From IMG/VR virus record IMGVR_UViG_3300022751_000017, positions 27,187 to 91,186 of that record: 64,000 nucleotides of DNA. One strand, given 5' to 3'. Under the pieces are notes generated by a model. That model had not been told where the DNA came from. It made no database searches and was given only the letters and a program-made list of their open reading frames with translations. Of this stretch, positions 19,322 through 29,508 are shown in pieces. The DNA comes from a virus. A program made the translations under genes and the position numbers. Each line of letters begins with the position of its first letter. Within the stretch, counting starts at the first letter, position 1.

Positions 19322-19657
19322 ATGCATAGTGACTTAACTTTACTGGGTCTTGGAATGGCAGGGGTGTTATTGCACTGTCTTATCAAGATAAGCAAATTAA
19401 AAAAGACGAATAGTTTCAAGTTCGCTACCTATTTTAGTATGGAGTGGCCGACCATATGTATATCAGCTATAGTTGTCGCTATAGCCATAGTGTGCAAGCA
19501 TGAGGTTACTCAGCTGGATCAGGCGAAAAACTGGCTCGGTATCGGGTTTGTATCTATTGGCTATATGGGTCAGTCCATATTGATAACCGTGATGGGTCGT
19601 GCAGAAGCTATATTGACAAGAAAAAAAGAAGAAATTGAAATTAAAACAGGTCTATGA
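19322..19657 (+). CDS. Holin-like membrane protein
   Basis: 3 TM segments and a charged C-terminal tail; just upstream of the spanin. Confidence 0.55.
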   Translation: MHSDLTLLGLGMAGVLLHCLIKISKLKKTNSFKFATYFSMEWPTICISAIVVAIAIVCKHEVTQLDQAKNWLGIGFVSIGYMGQSILITVMGRAEAILTRKKEEIEIKTGL

Positions 19658-20229
19658 GATACATTACAGATAGAGCTTACTCCAGGTTATTATTGTTCGC
19701 ATGCTTGTTTGTAGCGGTGGTAGTTGTTTTTGCCTCATGTAAAGGAACGAAGGACTACGCTACTGCATTTGATCAACTGAAGAATAAGGCTGAAGCGAGC
19801 AAGGTTGATGATGATCATGCCATACCGGCTGCGAAGTGCGCTGCGTGGTACCCTGTTCATACTAAGATAGTGACATTGCCGGCTCGTATAATAAAAGGTA
19901 AAAGTGACACAACGGTATTGCCGGGAGAGGTACGATATGTAGATTGCGACAGCGTTAAATCTGCTAATGGCAGTAGCAAGGTAGTTGTGAAATGTCCTCC
20001 GGCTCAAATTGTGCATGATATAGACACTGTAGTGAAGGAGACTATAAAATTGGTAGAGAACACAGCGCGAGTGCATGAGCTTGAAGTGAAGTTGTCCAAT
20101 ACAGAAAAAAAATCGGAGAGTATGTACCAGTCTCTGAAAACTTATAAAAAGGTTAGTGCATGTGAGGGAATAATTCTTGCGCTCATTGGTATTTACGGGG
20201 TATACAAATTATACAATAAAGTAGTCTAA
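19654..20229 (+). CDS. Putative unimolecular spanin (lipoprotein plus C-terminal TM)
   Basis: Lipobox FASC after a hydrophobic signal; periplasmic region; C-terminal TM IILALIGIYGVY. Confidence 0.65.
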   Translation: MRYITDRAYSRLLLFACLFVAVVVVFASCKGTKDYATAFDQLKNKAEASKVDDDHAIPAAKCAAWYPVHTKIVTLPARIIKGKSDTTVLPGEVRYVDCDSVKSANGSSKVVVKCPPAQIVHDIDTVVKETIKLVENTARVHELEVKLSNTEKKSESMYQSLKTYKKVSACEGIILALIGIYGVYKLYNKVV

Positions 20230-20243
20230 AATATAAATCTAAC

Positions 20244-20891
20244 ATGAGAAAGTCATTCACGGTTCTTGCATGGCAGGATAGCGCTGGTACATTTTTCCCT
20301 GCGGGTGCTCAGCGGACTATTAGCTGCGATCATATTAATGAGGGTAATTACGGATTGGCACTAAATGGGCAGATAACCAAATTGCCTACAAGTACGGTAC
20401 CAATAGGGTTTACAGGCACTGACTTTCAGCACCAGGTGGCAAGCATACACCCAGGCACTTTACTAAGCGATCCTACAGCGTATACAAATTCCAGCTTTAA
20501 GGTTGTTACGAGGGTGAAAGACTTGTCCAATAACAATGTTACGTATGTCGATGCAGCTGACTACCTGGCTAAATTTGGTGATTGCAATAAATGCTGCACA
20601 CCGATCAACTGCACACCGATATTGAATGTGCGTACTACAGCATTGGGTACAACTACCGCGACTGTTGCATGGGATGCGTCAAGCCAGGCTACAGTGTATG
20701 AATATGTGAATGTCATAAGGTCTGGCTCATGTGTTACGCCAGCCGGCACCGGCACTATAACCACGGCCACGAGTGTGTCATTTACCGGACTTACAGGCGG
20801 GTCGGTTTATTGTTTTGCGGTAAGGCAGCGATGCAGCGCCACAAATTTTAGTGCATGGACATTGTTCCAATATACCACTGTAGCGCCTTAA
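20244..20891 (+). CDS. FN3-domain virion/decoration protein
   Basis: C-terminal TTATVAW...YEY...GLTGGSVYCFAVR...SAW fibronectin type III pattern. Confidence 0.7.
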   Translation: MRKSFTVLAWQDSAGTFFPAGAQRTISCDHINEGNYGLALNGQITKLPTSTVPIGFTGTDFQHQVASIHPGTLLSDPTAYTNSSFKVVTRVKDLSNNNVTYVDAADYLAKFGDCNKCCTPINCTPILNVRTTALGTTTATVAWDASSQATVYEYVNVIRSGSCVTPAGTGTITTATSVSFTGLTGGSVYCFAVRQRCSATNFSAWTLFQYTTVAP

Positions 20892-20900
20892 AATATTAAT

Positions 20901-21407
20901 ATGGCGACTTCAATAGGTTATTTAAAGGGTATGCTTCTGGATACGGATATTAAGGCCGTACTAAGAACCATCAGGCGCGGCGAAGGTACCATAGCGCCTG
21001 ATGGTTACAGTTATTTATTCGGCAGCTCGCCAAAAAATAACAGGCGCTTTACTGATTTTTCTACGCACCCCAATCAACGCTTTACCTTCACCATAAACGG
21101 TGTTACAAATATCACAAGCGCTGCCGGAGCCTACCAGATATTAAAGAAGACATTTGATACCCTTTGCTTCAAATATGGGTTTAAAGACTTCACGCCGCAG
21201 ACGCAGGATTTGATGGCATTGGCTCTTTTCGATACCCGTGGATGCCTCAAGGCTGTAGCAGATGGAAATTTCTTCGACCCTGAAATAATGGACCGGTTGA
21301 ACAATGAATGGGCCAGTCTTCCGATGGCCGGATACGGACAGCCTGAAAAGAGCATGGACCAGGTAAAGAGGTGGTACATTATGGAAGGTGGAATTATAGC
21401 TAAATAA
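20901..21407 (+). CDS. Endolysin, lambda R-like lysozyme/transglycosylase
   Basis: IRRGEGT, HP, SAAGAYQIL, DFTPQTQD and EWASLP motifs. Confidence 0.93.
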   Translation: MATSIGYLKGMLLDTDIKAVLRTIRRGEGTIAPDGYSYLFGSSPKNNRRFTDFSTHPNQRFTFTINGVTNITSAAGAYQILKKTFDTLCFKYGFKDFTPQTQDLMALALFDTRGCLKAVADGNFFDPEIMDRLNNEWASLPMAGYGQPEKSMDQVKRWYIMEGGIIAK

Positions 21408-21416
21408 AAATAGAGC

Positions 21417-24062
21417 ATGTTCTTATTAAGGGAATGGATTGAGACCAACGAGGGTGAAAAAAATATTGAGTGGGCTAACCGTATCATCTCATTTGTGCGG
21501 ATGTATATGTCGCCATTGGTCAATCTTGATTCTGCTGAGATGGGTATGAACTACCTGCTCGGGCGCCAGGATATGTCTCCTATACGCAACCTGTTCCAGA
21601 ATCCTATAGCCCTTAATCTGAACAACACCACATACGGTAATACAGGATACGGTAGAGTGTTTGGCCCCAATGGGCAGCCGGTAAAGCCCGAAGAGCGCAA
21701 TCTGCATCCTGAGATGTTAGGTGTTGAATTCCGCTCATTACCTGTAATGGAAAAGCTGAGGAACATGCTGGTGGCGGAGATGAAAAAAATGGGGGTAGTG
21801 CTCACCGTGAAAAGCGATGACCCTACCGCTACCATCAACAGGAAAAAGGACGAGGCGTTCATTAAGGACAGGCACAATATAGAAGGGCTTTTAAATTATA
21901 TTTATACCTCCATAGGCGAAGCCCCGTTCAAGATAGAAGAGCACGAGGCAAGGTTCGGGGAGAAGCCAGACAATGGCAACACTCAGGATTTTCAGCGTAT
22001 GAGTCTAAATCCTGGGAATCCATCTGATGTGGATTTCTTTATGCGTAATTTCCATAAGCTGGATGCGGAAATGGCGGCGGAGAATCCTATTAATTACTTC
22101 ATGAGATTTAATGAGGTAGAGGATATATTCTTTGAAAACTGGACTACAGACCTGGTGGCAAAAAAAGCTATTGCCGGGCAGCAGTACGTAAGTAAGCTAA
22201 ATGGAGCAATAAAGTTTGATTATCTCACTCCGGAGACAACGTACATATACGGTGGTGGGAGGAGAAAGGATTTTGATGATGCAAATGCCAAGGCATACCA
22301 GCAGAATATTACCATAAAAGATCTACTTGACAGGATAGGTGATGAATTCGATTTTAATAAAGAGCTTAATCTGCTTTTTCAGGCAGTTTATACCTGCAGC
22401 CAAGGATCAATTGATATTACCGGTATAGGTACAGACGCCCGTAATGGATGGTTTTGTTCAGCGCGCACAGGCACTAAGTACTCCTACCGGGATTTTATGG
22501 ACTTTAAGGTGTCTTTCGGATACATGGAGTGGATCAGCGCAAATGAGACAGATTATGGTGCTGAAGCAAACCTAACAGGTGACAGAAAGTTCGATGAGGA
22601 CAAGAGCACATTTTCTTATGGTGGGTCTGGAGGGGAAGAGTCTCCTGAAAAAAGGTACGCAAAAAAAGCGCGCTACGAGGTGCCTACATACAAGGCCTAC
22701 TATCTTGTTCTTAGTTCTTATGAGCAGCGGATATTTGATTTTGGCAAAGTAACTTACCAGCAGATAGAAGGGTACAATGACTTTAACTCAAACTGGACCA
22801 TACTCACTTACAAAGAGATAGGAGATAGTATTGCTATCAACTGCGCCCCTTTTGTAGACATCATCAATGAGTGCTGGTATAAATGGAAGTACGAGGTTCG
22901 CAAGGCAAAGCCCAGGGGGACTGATTACAACTATGACAGCCTTCTGGATATTGCTGAGGATACCTTTTCTGATACCAACATGACCCAGGCAGATAAGATA
23001 CAGAAGATGGTGTCTTGGCTAGATGCATCTGCCAATGGTATGTGGAAATTTCCGCAGATAGATGGGAAGATAGTAGCTATGTCCAACAATGCGCTGAATA
23101 TAGATAAGCCAAACGGACTGACTGCAGAGATCATGCGCTGGTGGGAAATGCTCATCAAGTCATGGGAGCAGATGCTATCGGTAGTAGGCCTTGATGCGCC
23201 CCTAAGGCAGGGTGATCCCGGCAATGCAAGGGATAGTATGAATAATCAGTTCAAGGCTCTGGAATATAGCCAGAACAATACTTATTATATCCCGGACAGC
23301 CTTACGTATATGGCGCAGAAGCTGGCTACGCGTACTATGCTGCAGGTTCAAGACATTATTCAGTTCAAAGATCATGATACCCTGGCATTTAAATTCCTTG
23401 CGGATGCTGTTGGAGAGGATTGTCTTGCCAGGATATCGCAGCTAGGCAAGAAGGCCATGCACCGGTATGGTATATTCGTGGAGAGCCTTAACCAGGCGCC
23501 ACAGAAGGCTAAGCTGGATGCGAGAATAGATGCCGCAATACAGAATGGTAAGATCAGCAATGCGGAAGCGCTAATGCTGGATGAAATAAAAAGCCTCAAG
23601 AGCAAGGCGCTAATGCTGGCCTATTTTGAGCAGCGCAATGCATCTCTTGTGCAGAAGAACGCTATGGAAATGCAGCAAGCCCAGGCGCAGCAAGCCCAGG
23701 CGCAGCTTCAGGGTGAAAAGGAAAACATTTTGCTCAAGGGCAACCTTGAGATTGAGAAGGCAAAGGTTGAAGGTAGCTTCGCGCTGCAAGGGCACATGAT
23801 CACACAGCAAGGCGGCATGGCTAAGCAGGAGATGAAGCATAGTGCAGATAGCAGGCAGATATACGAACAGGCTCAAGCCAATGTGATGGAGCAGCAACAG
23901 AGCCTTAATGATACCGGCAAGACTACACCGCCGGCGCAATCCGCAATAGTGCCTACGCCATACAGCAACCCTATTAACCAGATACCGCATCAGTCCGGCA
24001 TCCAGCAGTCGATGGCTGATTCCCAGCCGATGAGTACTGAACAGGCTGCGATGATTCCATAA
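21417..24062 (+). CDS. Portal protein (crAss-like)
   Basis: 881 aa, helical, Gln-rich C-terminal barrel (QQAQAQQAQAQ); position upstream of scaffold and MCP. Confidence 0.82.
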   Translation: MFLLREWIETNEGEKNIEWANRIISFVRMYMSPLVNLDSAEMGMNYLLGRQDMSPIRNLFQNPIALNLNNTTYGNTGYGRVFGPNGQPVKPEERNLHPEMLGVEFRSLPVMEKLRNMLVAEMKKMGVVLTVKSDDPTATINRKKDEAFIKDRHNIEGLLNYIYTSIGEAPFKIEEHEARFGEKPDNGNTQDFQRMSLNPGNPSDVDFFMRNFHKLDAEMAAENPINYFMRFNEVEDIFFENWTTDLVAKKAIAGQQYVSKLNGAIKFDYLTPETTYIYGGGRRKDFDDANAKAYQQNITIKDLLDRIGDEFDFNKELNLLFQAVYTCSQGSIDITGIGTDARNGWFCSARTGTKYSYRDFMDFKVSFGYMEWISANETDYGAEANLTGDRKFDEDKSTFSYGGSGGEESPEKRYAKKARYEVPTYKAYYLVLSSYEQRIFDFGKVTYQQIEGYNDFNSNWTILTYKEIGDSIAINCAPFVDIINECWYKWKYEVRKAKPRGTDYNYDSLLDIAEDTFSDTNMTQADKIQKMVSWLDASANGMWKFPQIDGKIVAMSNNALNIDKPNGLTAEIMRWWEMLIKSWEQMLSVVGLDAPLRQGDPGNARDSMNNQFKALEYSQNNTYYIPDSLTYMAQKLATRTMLQVQDIIQFKDHDTLAFKFLADAVGEDCLARISQLGKKAMHRYGIFVESLNQAPQKAKLDARIDAAIQNGKISNAEALMLDEIKSLKSKALMLAYFEQRNASLVQKNAMEMQQAQAQQAQAQLQGEKENILLKGNLEIEKAKVEGSFALQGHMITQQGGMAKQEMKHSADSRQIYEQAQANVMEQQQSLNDTGKTTPPAQSAIVPTPYSNPINQIPHQSGIQQSMADSQPMSTEQAAMIP

Positions 24063-24105
24063 ATAAAAGTGCCCTCAATATTGAGGGCACTTTTATTTAT
24101 GGAAT
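24054..24105. repeat. Perfect 52-bp palindrome (probably also a bidirectional terminator)
   Basis: ATTCCATAAATAAAAGTGCCCTCAAT|ATTGAGGGCACTTTTATTTATGGAAT; spans both convergent stop codons. Confidence 0.95.
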
Positions 24106-24386
24106 TTCCTGACCGTTTTCTTTTCAGGGACATGTGCCCTGCTTATATCACGGAGAGCCCTGCTTGATTTATTTTTCCTATAGTCTATATAGTTTCTATT
24201 GTTGCTGCAACCTTTATTCAGATTGCATGAATGGCATAGCGTCTGCAGGTTTGTATAGTAATTGGTGCCTCCTTTTGACAAGGGTATTATGTGGTCTATA
24301 GTAAGATTGAATCTGGCGTTGCAAAGCAGACACATGTTATTATCTCTCTTGAAAATTGCCTCTCTTACTGCTTTGCGTATGGGCAT
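24093..24386 (-). CDS. HNH endonuclease
   Basis: CLLC...DHIIPLSKGG..Y..NLQTLCHSCN..K. Confidence 0.92.
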   Translation of the reverse strand: MPIRKAVREAIFKRDNNMCLLCNARFNLTIDHIIPLSKGGTNYYTNLQTLCHSCNLNKGCSNNRNYIDYRKNKSSRALRDISRAHVPEKKTVRKFHK

Positions 24387-24390
24387 AGCG

Positions 24391-24693
24391 TTAGTCTATT
24401 TTTTTACCTTTGATAGCTAAGGATATGAGTGCAGAGAAGGATATGCCGGTATCGTATGATTTACAAAGTATCTTATCGGATACGAATTTAGGGATATCAA
24501 TTTCGTGAGACTTTTCTATCTTATCTATGGCTATACCATGGCATGGGGCACACTTGGATACAGACCCGTACTCTTTCATTATCTTATGGTGAATGTACAT
24601 GCCAATAGATATCTTCATTTCGGCAGCTTCTGCATAGAAAATGGCCCATTCTGCCTCTGTATACCGGAGCCTGAGTTTAAAACTATTATTCAT
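24391..24693 (-). CDS. Putative tandem ribbon-helix-helix DNA-binding protein
   Basis: Two RHH-like patterns, KLRLRYTEAEWAIF...KISIGMYIH and HEIDIPKFVSDKI...GISFSALI, linked by CAPC. Confidence 0.55.
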   Translation of the reverse strand: MNNSFKLRLRYTEAEWAIFYAEAAEMKISIGMYIHHKIMKEYGSVSKCAPCHGIAIDKIEKSHEIDIPKFVSDKILCKSYDTGISFSALISLAIKGKKID

Positions 24694-24710
24694 TAAGGAA
24701 GTTGTGAGTT

Positions 24711-24727
24711 ACCTGCAAAGTGCAGGT
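24711..24727. promoter_or_regulatory. Palindromic operator, copy 3
   Basis: ACCTGCAAAGTGCAGGT, 18 nt from the 24693 start; 24705-24731 matches 13061-13087 at 26/27 nt. Confidence 0.7.
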
Positions 24728-24767
24728 AAAGCTATGCAAATTCATTCTTATTACCAATAGTGGTTTA

Positions 24768-24775
24768 TACTTTTG
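24768..24775 (+). promoter_or_regulatory. -7 box TACTTTTG for the capsid operon
   Basis: Consensus match upstream of 24792. Confidence 0.5.
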
Positions 24776-24791
24776 ATATGAATTATATTTT

Positions 24792-25841
24792 ATGGCAGTC
24801 ACAGACACGAACACACAACCAGGTCAGGCGGCGGAACAGGTAAATGCACCAGCAGTAGATAACACTACAGTTGTTGCAGATACTGCTATTCCAGCCCAGG
24901 AACCTGCGGATGCTGAAAAGCCGAAGATTGATATTGACGCAATAGATGAGGATACTCAGCTGCGCCTTATCAATAAAGCGCTTGGCTCAAATTATAAAAC
25001 TCTGGATGAGGCTAAGCCGAAGGCTGTAAGGTCCCCGGAAGATATAGCTGCAGAGAAAGAAGCTAAGAAACAAAAAGCGCTGGAGTGGGCTCTAGGTACC
25101 GGCAAGACAAAGAAGGATGAATATGAGAGAGCAATCATAGAGCGCTCTAAGAATACCCGGGATATTGCCATGGCGTTATTTGCAGAGCAGGAGCGCGCAG
25201 AAAATCCAAAGATCAGTGAAGAAGAGATCGCGGCGCAATTTTCTGATGAATACCATGAAGACCTGGATATTGACTCTCCTCTCCGTAAGCGTGCTCTGGC
25301 AAGAATGGATAAAGTTGCAAAAAGTTACCTCGCAGAAATCACCGGTCCTATTGATAACATAGAAGCTGAATACGACAACTACATTTCAGATACAGAGAAG
25401 TACACCGGCTACCAGAAGCAGATAAAGAATGTCGCAAGTGCATTGCCCAAGGAGTTAGTGGTTTCAATACCATACACAGGGGCGGATGGCACCGAGACAA
25501 CATTGGAATATAAAGTCCCGGTTGAAGATAATGTGATGACTGCAGTGCGCAAAGAGTTCCTGGACGCCAATACATACCTGGCTATTTCCGGGTCTGGCAG
25601 AGAGATAAAGGATGCTGACATTGCCAACGAAATGACCGCGGCTATCGAAAACCGGATATTGCGCAAGGCGATACCTAAGATGCTGGCCGATCATGGCGAA
25701 AAGGTTGCCAAAGACTTCGAAGCGCATCTTAAGGCTATACCAAATACAGGGAATAACCTCGGATTTGGGAATACCGCACGCCCCGGGGAGGCAAAAAAGC
25801 CACCTGAATATACAGCACTCCGCGCGCATCAGAAATACTAA
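24792..25841 (+). CDS. Scaffold-like protein preceding the MCP
   Basis: Acidic, helical, disordered N-terminus; position between portal and MCP. Confidence 0.6.
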   Translation: MAVTDTNTQPGQAAEQVNAPAVDNTTVVADTAIPAQEPADAEKPKIDIDAIDEDTQLRLINKALGSNYKTLDEAKPKAVRSPEDIAAEKEAKKQKALEWALGTGKTKKDEYERAIIERSKNTRDIAMALFAEQERAENPKISEEEIAAQFSDEYHEDLDIDSPLRKRALARMDKVAKSYLAEITGPIDNIEAEYDNYISDTEKYTGYQKQIKNVASALPKELVVSIPYTGADGTETTLEYKVPVEDNVMTAVRKEFLDANTYLAISGSGREIKDADIANEMTAAIENRILRKAIPKMLADHGEKVAKDFEAHLKAIPNTGNNLGFGNTARPGEAKKPPEYTALRAHQKY

Positions 25842-25889
25842 AAAATAACACCCATAAAATAATACAATAACTAAAACAATTTAAAAACG

Positions 25890-27464
25890 ATGATAACCTA
25901 CGCTTTAACTCCCCAGCATGCTCCACGTCAGATATTTTCCGTTGGTGAGGCACAGACTCAGTTCCAGCCGTTCTCAGATGTCTACAGGCAACTGTGGGAT
26001 TTCGTGGAAGATGGCGGATTAGATGCCTTCGGGATAAACAAGGAAGACCTGGCGCGTTGGCGTAAAAACTTCCGTGAGGGAGTGGTGAACATTGGTGGTA
26101 AGCCATCAGAGATAGACTTCTTCCGTATGATGATGGGTGGCACTCCTAAGGAGACAAACGCCTCTTCAATCAGCGTAGAGTATAACAGTGCGTTGGACTA
26201 CAACATATACGCAGAGAATGATGCTACCGGCACCAACGGCGCTGTCACCAATGCATACTTTGGAGACCTGATAAACGGCACTTACAATGGTAACTACGTG
26301 GTGTTCGACATTGCGGTTGATACTTATGCAGATAACGGTACCAAGTCCAATATAAATGTTGGCGACCAGATATTCAACTACATAGATGGTAAGTATCTGG
26401 TGGTGATCAAGAAGGATGTAACCACTCCTTTTGCGCACCATATCTACTGCGCACCTTTCGATGGTAACTATACGCCTCAGATATATGCGAAGCAGCCAAT
26501 GCAGCCCAACCATATACAGCTGGTGTCTGGTTATAGCGATGCTACTACATCTGCGCCGCACAGTGAGTGGGAAACCCTCGGTTACATCAAGGAGTATAAC
26601 CCATTCTCTCTTCGTACAGACTGGGAAACACCGCGTAACCTGGAGAAGCCATACAAGGATATTCTGCAGTTCCCGATCATATTCGATATGCATACCGGTG
26701 CAGAGATGGACTCATGGGACTTCAAAGCGATGGCTGATGGCCGCGAGCGTATGATCATGGGTGAGAACATGATGTTCTTCACAGGTGAGCAGCTGACCAA
26801 TGTAAGCCTGATATCAAATACATATACAAACCAGTATAACGGTTTTGAAGGGCTTCTGACCACCATCTGGTATGGCGGCGGCAATATACAGCAGTATGAC
26901 AATAGCTATGGTTACGACCTGGATGTTGACTTCATGCAGATGGTATTCTCAAACGATGCACTGAAGAAATCTCAGGAGTTCCTGTTCCTGGCCGCAAAGC
27001 GCTGGATATACATGATGGAGCGCCGTAGCCAGGATATGTTTAAGAATAACTCAGGGGCATGCACTTTTGATACGTTTGAGCGTATGGGTGATGAGCGTGC
27101 CGATCTGAAGCGCCTGGGCATCAACTCATACGAGTGGAGAGGTTCAACAATGCATATCAAGGAAGTCGGTGCATGGTCTGACAGCCGCTGGGTAGGTAAT
27201 GCTTATTTCCCCGCTATGGCTATAGTTCTGCCAGGCGATGGTCTTACAGACAGCAAGGGCAATAAAGTATCTCCGGTTGAGTACTGGATACCAGCAGGCC
27301 GTAGAGTGTCTGGAACATGGCAGGAAGAGTGGAGAGACCACATGAAGCTTTCAGATAAGGCTGATAAGTTCTCAGGTACCATTACTCATGACATTATGAT
27401 GAGCGTGAACGGAGTGGAAAATATGTGGGCAGTGATGCCGAAATACATTGTGAGCAATTCTTAA
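25890..27464 (+). CDS. Major capsid protein (HK97 fold, crAss-like)
   Basis: 524 aa; position; ENMMFFTG...GFEGLLTTI..GG motif; strongly C-ending codon bias suggesting high expression. Confidence 0.8.
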   Translation: MITYALTPQHAPRQIFSVGEAQTQFQPFSDVYRQLWDFVEDGGLDAFGINKEDLARWRKNFREGVVNIGGKPSEIDFFRMMMGGTPKETNASSISVEYNSALDYNIYAENDATGTNGAVTNAYFGDLINGTYNGNYVVFDIAVDTYADNGTKSNINVGDQIFNYIDGKYLVVIKKDVTTPFAHHIYCAPFDGNYTPQIYAKQPMQPNHIQLVSGYSDATTSAPHSEWETLGYIKEYNPFSLRTDWETPRNLEKPYKDILQFPIIFDMHTGAEMDSWDFKAMADGRERMIMGENMMFFTGEQLTNVSLISNTYTNQYNGFEGLLTTIWYGGGNIQQYDNSYGYDLDVDFMQMVFSNDALKKSQEFLFLAAKRWIYMMERRSQDMFKNNSGACTFDTFERMGDERADLKRLGINSYEWRGSTMHIKEVGAWSDSRWVGNAYFPAMAIVLPGDGLTDSKGNKVSPVEYWIPAGRRVSGTWQEEWRDHMKLSDKADKFSGTITHDIMMSVNGVENMWAVMPKYIVSNS

Positions 27465-27520
27465 GCTCACAATGTATTTATATAAATCAGTAAAAAATCA
27501 CACAACAAAAATAAAAAATC

Positions 27521-28531
27521 ATGAGTACTACAACATTGCCAAGGGAAGTCGCAGAAGTAGCTAATATTCATCAGAACATGGTGTTTGAAATGATCAGCCG
27601 GTCAACATCCGGATTTATCCGCAAGGATGACGTAGGCAAAGTCAATCCGCGCAAAATGAATTCAGCGAAGCGCTTCGACCTCCCGGTTACATCAAGGCAC
27701 CATATAGGTAAGGGTAAGGGGTATATTAAAACACAGTATGTTCCTGGCGCCGATACTATATATGTGGATGATTATGTAGATGCAGATGGTAAAATACAGT
27801 CCGGACTTAAAAAGCAGGGGATAAATCTGGAACTGGAGCGTGAGCGTGCAATACAGATGAATATCCATTTTAAGTTCGGCATACTTGATCTCAGGCAATA
27901 TGGAGAAGATCCAATGCTGGTAGAGTTCGTGAATAAACATGAGATGAATGCGGAATCTGCAGCCGGCAAAAACCCTGACCGTACCGTAAGCCGCATGTTC
28001 CAGTTCCAGCCAATGCGTAAAGAGGAGAAGGCTGCTAAGCGCACTGTAGGCTTTGAAGAGCAGTATGAGGCGATGTCAATTATAAAAGCACTTCGTACAA
28101 AGACGGCGGCTGGATTTGAATATGACGTAGCACAGGTTGATGCGATCATTAATGTGCTGGGCCTTAAGACAGCCGATCTCGGTGACAGCGACACTGCGCA
28201 GAAGTTTGAGATAATACTCAAGGCCGCATCTCAGGATGGCATTGAGTTCCTTAAGATAGTGAATGATGCACTGAACAGTACGCGCTTGACAATAGCAAAG
28301 GCATTGGGTATGGGTATCGTTAAGATAAGCAGCAAAGGAGCTGATATAAAGGCTGGTGAAGGTGCGCAGACTAGGGAGGTTTTAAAATTCAAAAACGGAA
28401 TGGATGAATCTGCGCGCATGCAGGCGCTCGCTATTCATTTGCTTGGCGGAAGCCCACAGGCGCAAAACGATCTTAATACCATCATCAGCGAGGTAGAGAT
28501 CGGAGAGATAAGTGCGCTCTCAAAGAAGTAA
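27521..28531 (+). CDS. Conserved post-capsid protein
   Basis: IHFKFGIL...DPMLVEFVNKH pattern resembles the gene that follows the MCP in crAss-related phages. Confidence 0.6.
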   Translation: MSTTTLPREVAEVANIHQNMVFEMISRSTSGFIRKDDVGKVNPRKMNSAKRFDLPVTSRHHIGKGKGYIKTQYVPGADTIYVDDYVDADGKIQSGLKKQGINLELERERAIQMNIHFKFGILDLRQYGEDPMLVEFVNKHEMNAESAAGKNPDRTVSRMFQFQPMRKEEKAAKRTVGFEEQYEAMSIIKALRTKTAAGFEYDVAQVDAIINVLGLKTADLGDSDTAQKFEIILKAASQDGIEFLKIVNDALNSTRLTIAKALGMGIVKISSKGADIKAGEGAQTREVLKFKNGMDESARMQALAIHLLGGSPQAQNDLNTIISEVEIGEISALSKK

Positions 28532-28566
28532 TACAATAAAATAAAAAAACATAATAATATTATACC

Positions 28567-29508
28567 ATGTCCATCCAATTAGTTCAATCAAATCAGCTAG
28601 CTGAAGTTAACGGAGAGACCTTCGTTAACAGCTTTTATCCTAACGGGCTACAGAAAGCAATCCCATGTCGCAGCCAGGTAGTCGGGGCGTACTGGAAAAT
28701 ACCGGTAACACTTGGTAACCGAGTGGTGAGCTATAATGAACTGGTGGCTACCGATGCTACGAAGCCAGTGCCTGATGCCTTCAAGATACTGCGTCTTAAA
28801 GATGCTCTGGATGCAAATACCGAGTATGGTATCGTAATTGCGGATGCAGATGCCGTAACTACTAACTCATTTGTGGACAACTGTAACGGCTGCTGCGGCG
28901 CTACACCTGTGATGGCTACGGTGACAATCCCTCAGCCAATACAGGAAAGTGATCCACAGACTGCCATTGCTGGTGTGAACTCATTCATTTTTGCCTTCCC
29001 GCAAAATCCAAACAGCCTCCTGTTCTCTATACCATTCCCATGGTTCAATGGTGCCGGCCCTGTATCTCCTTATGCGCCAACTGGCATCACTACTGCTGCG
29101 CAGTTTGTTACCTGGGCGAATACTAACTGGGAAGAATATGGTACCTGGTCAAGCCCTGCAGCTAATGTAGTGAAGCTTGTGTCCACTCCGAGTGCGGCTA
29201 TATATGTCCTCAGGTCTGGTATGCAGGTAGCATTGACTCCGGCCAATTTCTGTTTTACACTGACGTCATTCTCTACACCCGCAGCAATTAACGGAGTGGG
29301 ATTTGGTGCTGGTCTGCCTCAGAAGTTCCCATCATTTGCGCTGACCAATGCGAATCAGGCAACTCTTATACAGCGCTTGAAGCCACTTATGCCCGGTGCT
29401 ACATTTACCATTACGACAAATCACCTGCAGATAGCAACAGTTCAGGCGCAGCCCAAACTGTATAACAATGCGAGCGTGATAGCAACGGCAGCCACCGGTG
29501 TTTGCTAA
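28567..29508 (+). CDS. Putative auxiliary capsid/structural protein
   Basis: 313 aa, Ala/Thr/Pro-rich with a CNGCCG linker; followed by a terminator. Confidence 0.55.
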   Translation: MSIQLVQSNQLAEVNGETFVNSFYPNGLQKAIPCRSQVVGAYWKIPVTLGNRVVSYNELVATDATKPVPDAFKILRLKDALDANTEYGIVIADADAVTTNSFVDNCNGCCGATPVMATVTIPQPIQESDPQTAIAGVNSFIFAFPQNPNSLLFSIPFPWFNGAGPVSPYAPTGITTAAQFVTWANTNWEEYGTWSSPAANVVKLVSTPSAAIYVLRSGMQVALTPANFCFTLTSFSTPAAINGVGFGAGLPQKFPSFALTNANQATLIQRLKPLMPGATFTITTNHLQIATVQAQPKLYNNASVIATAATGVC

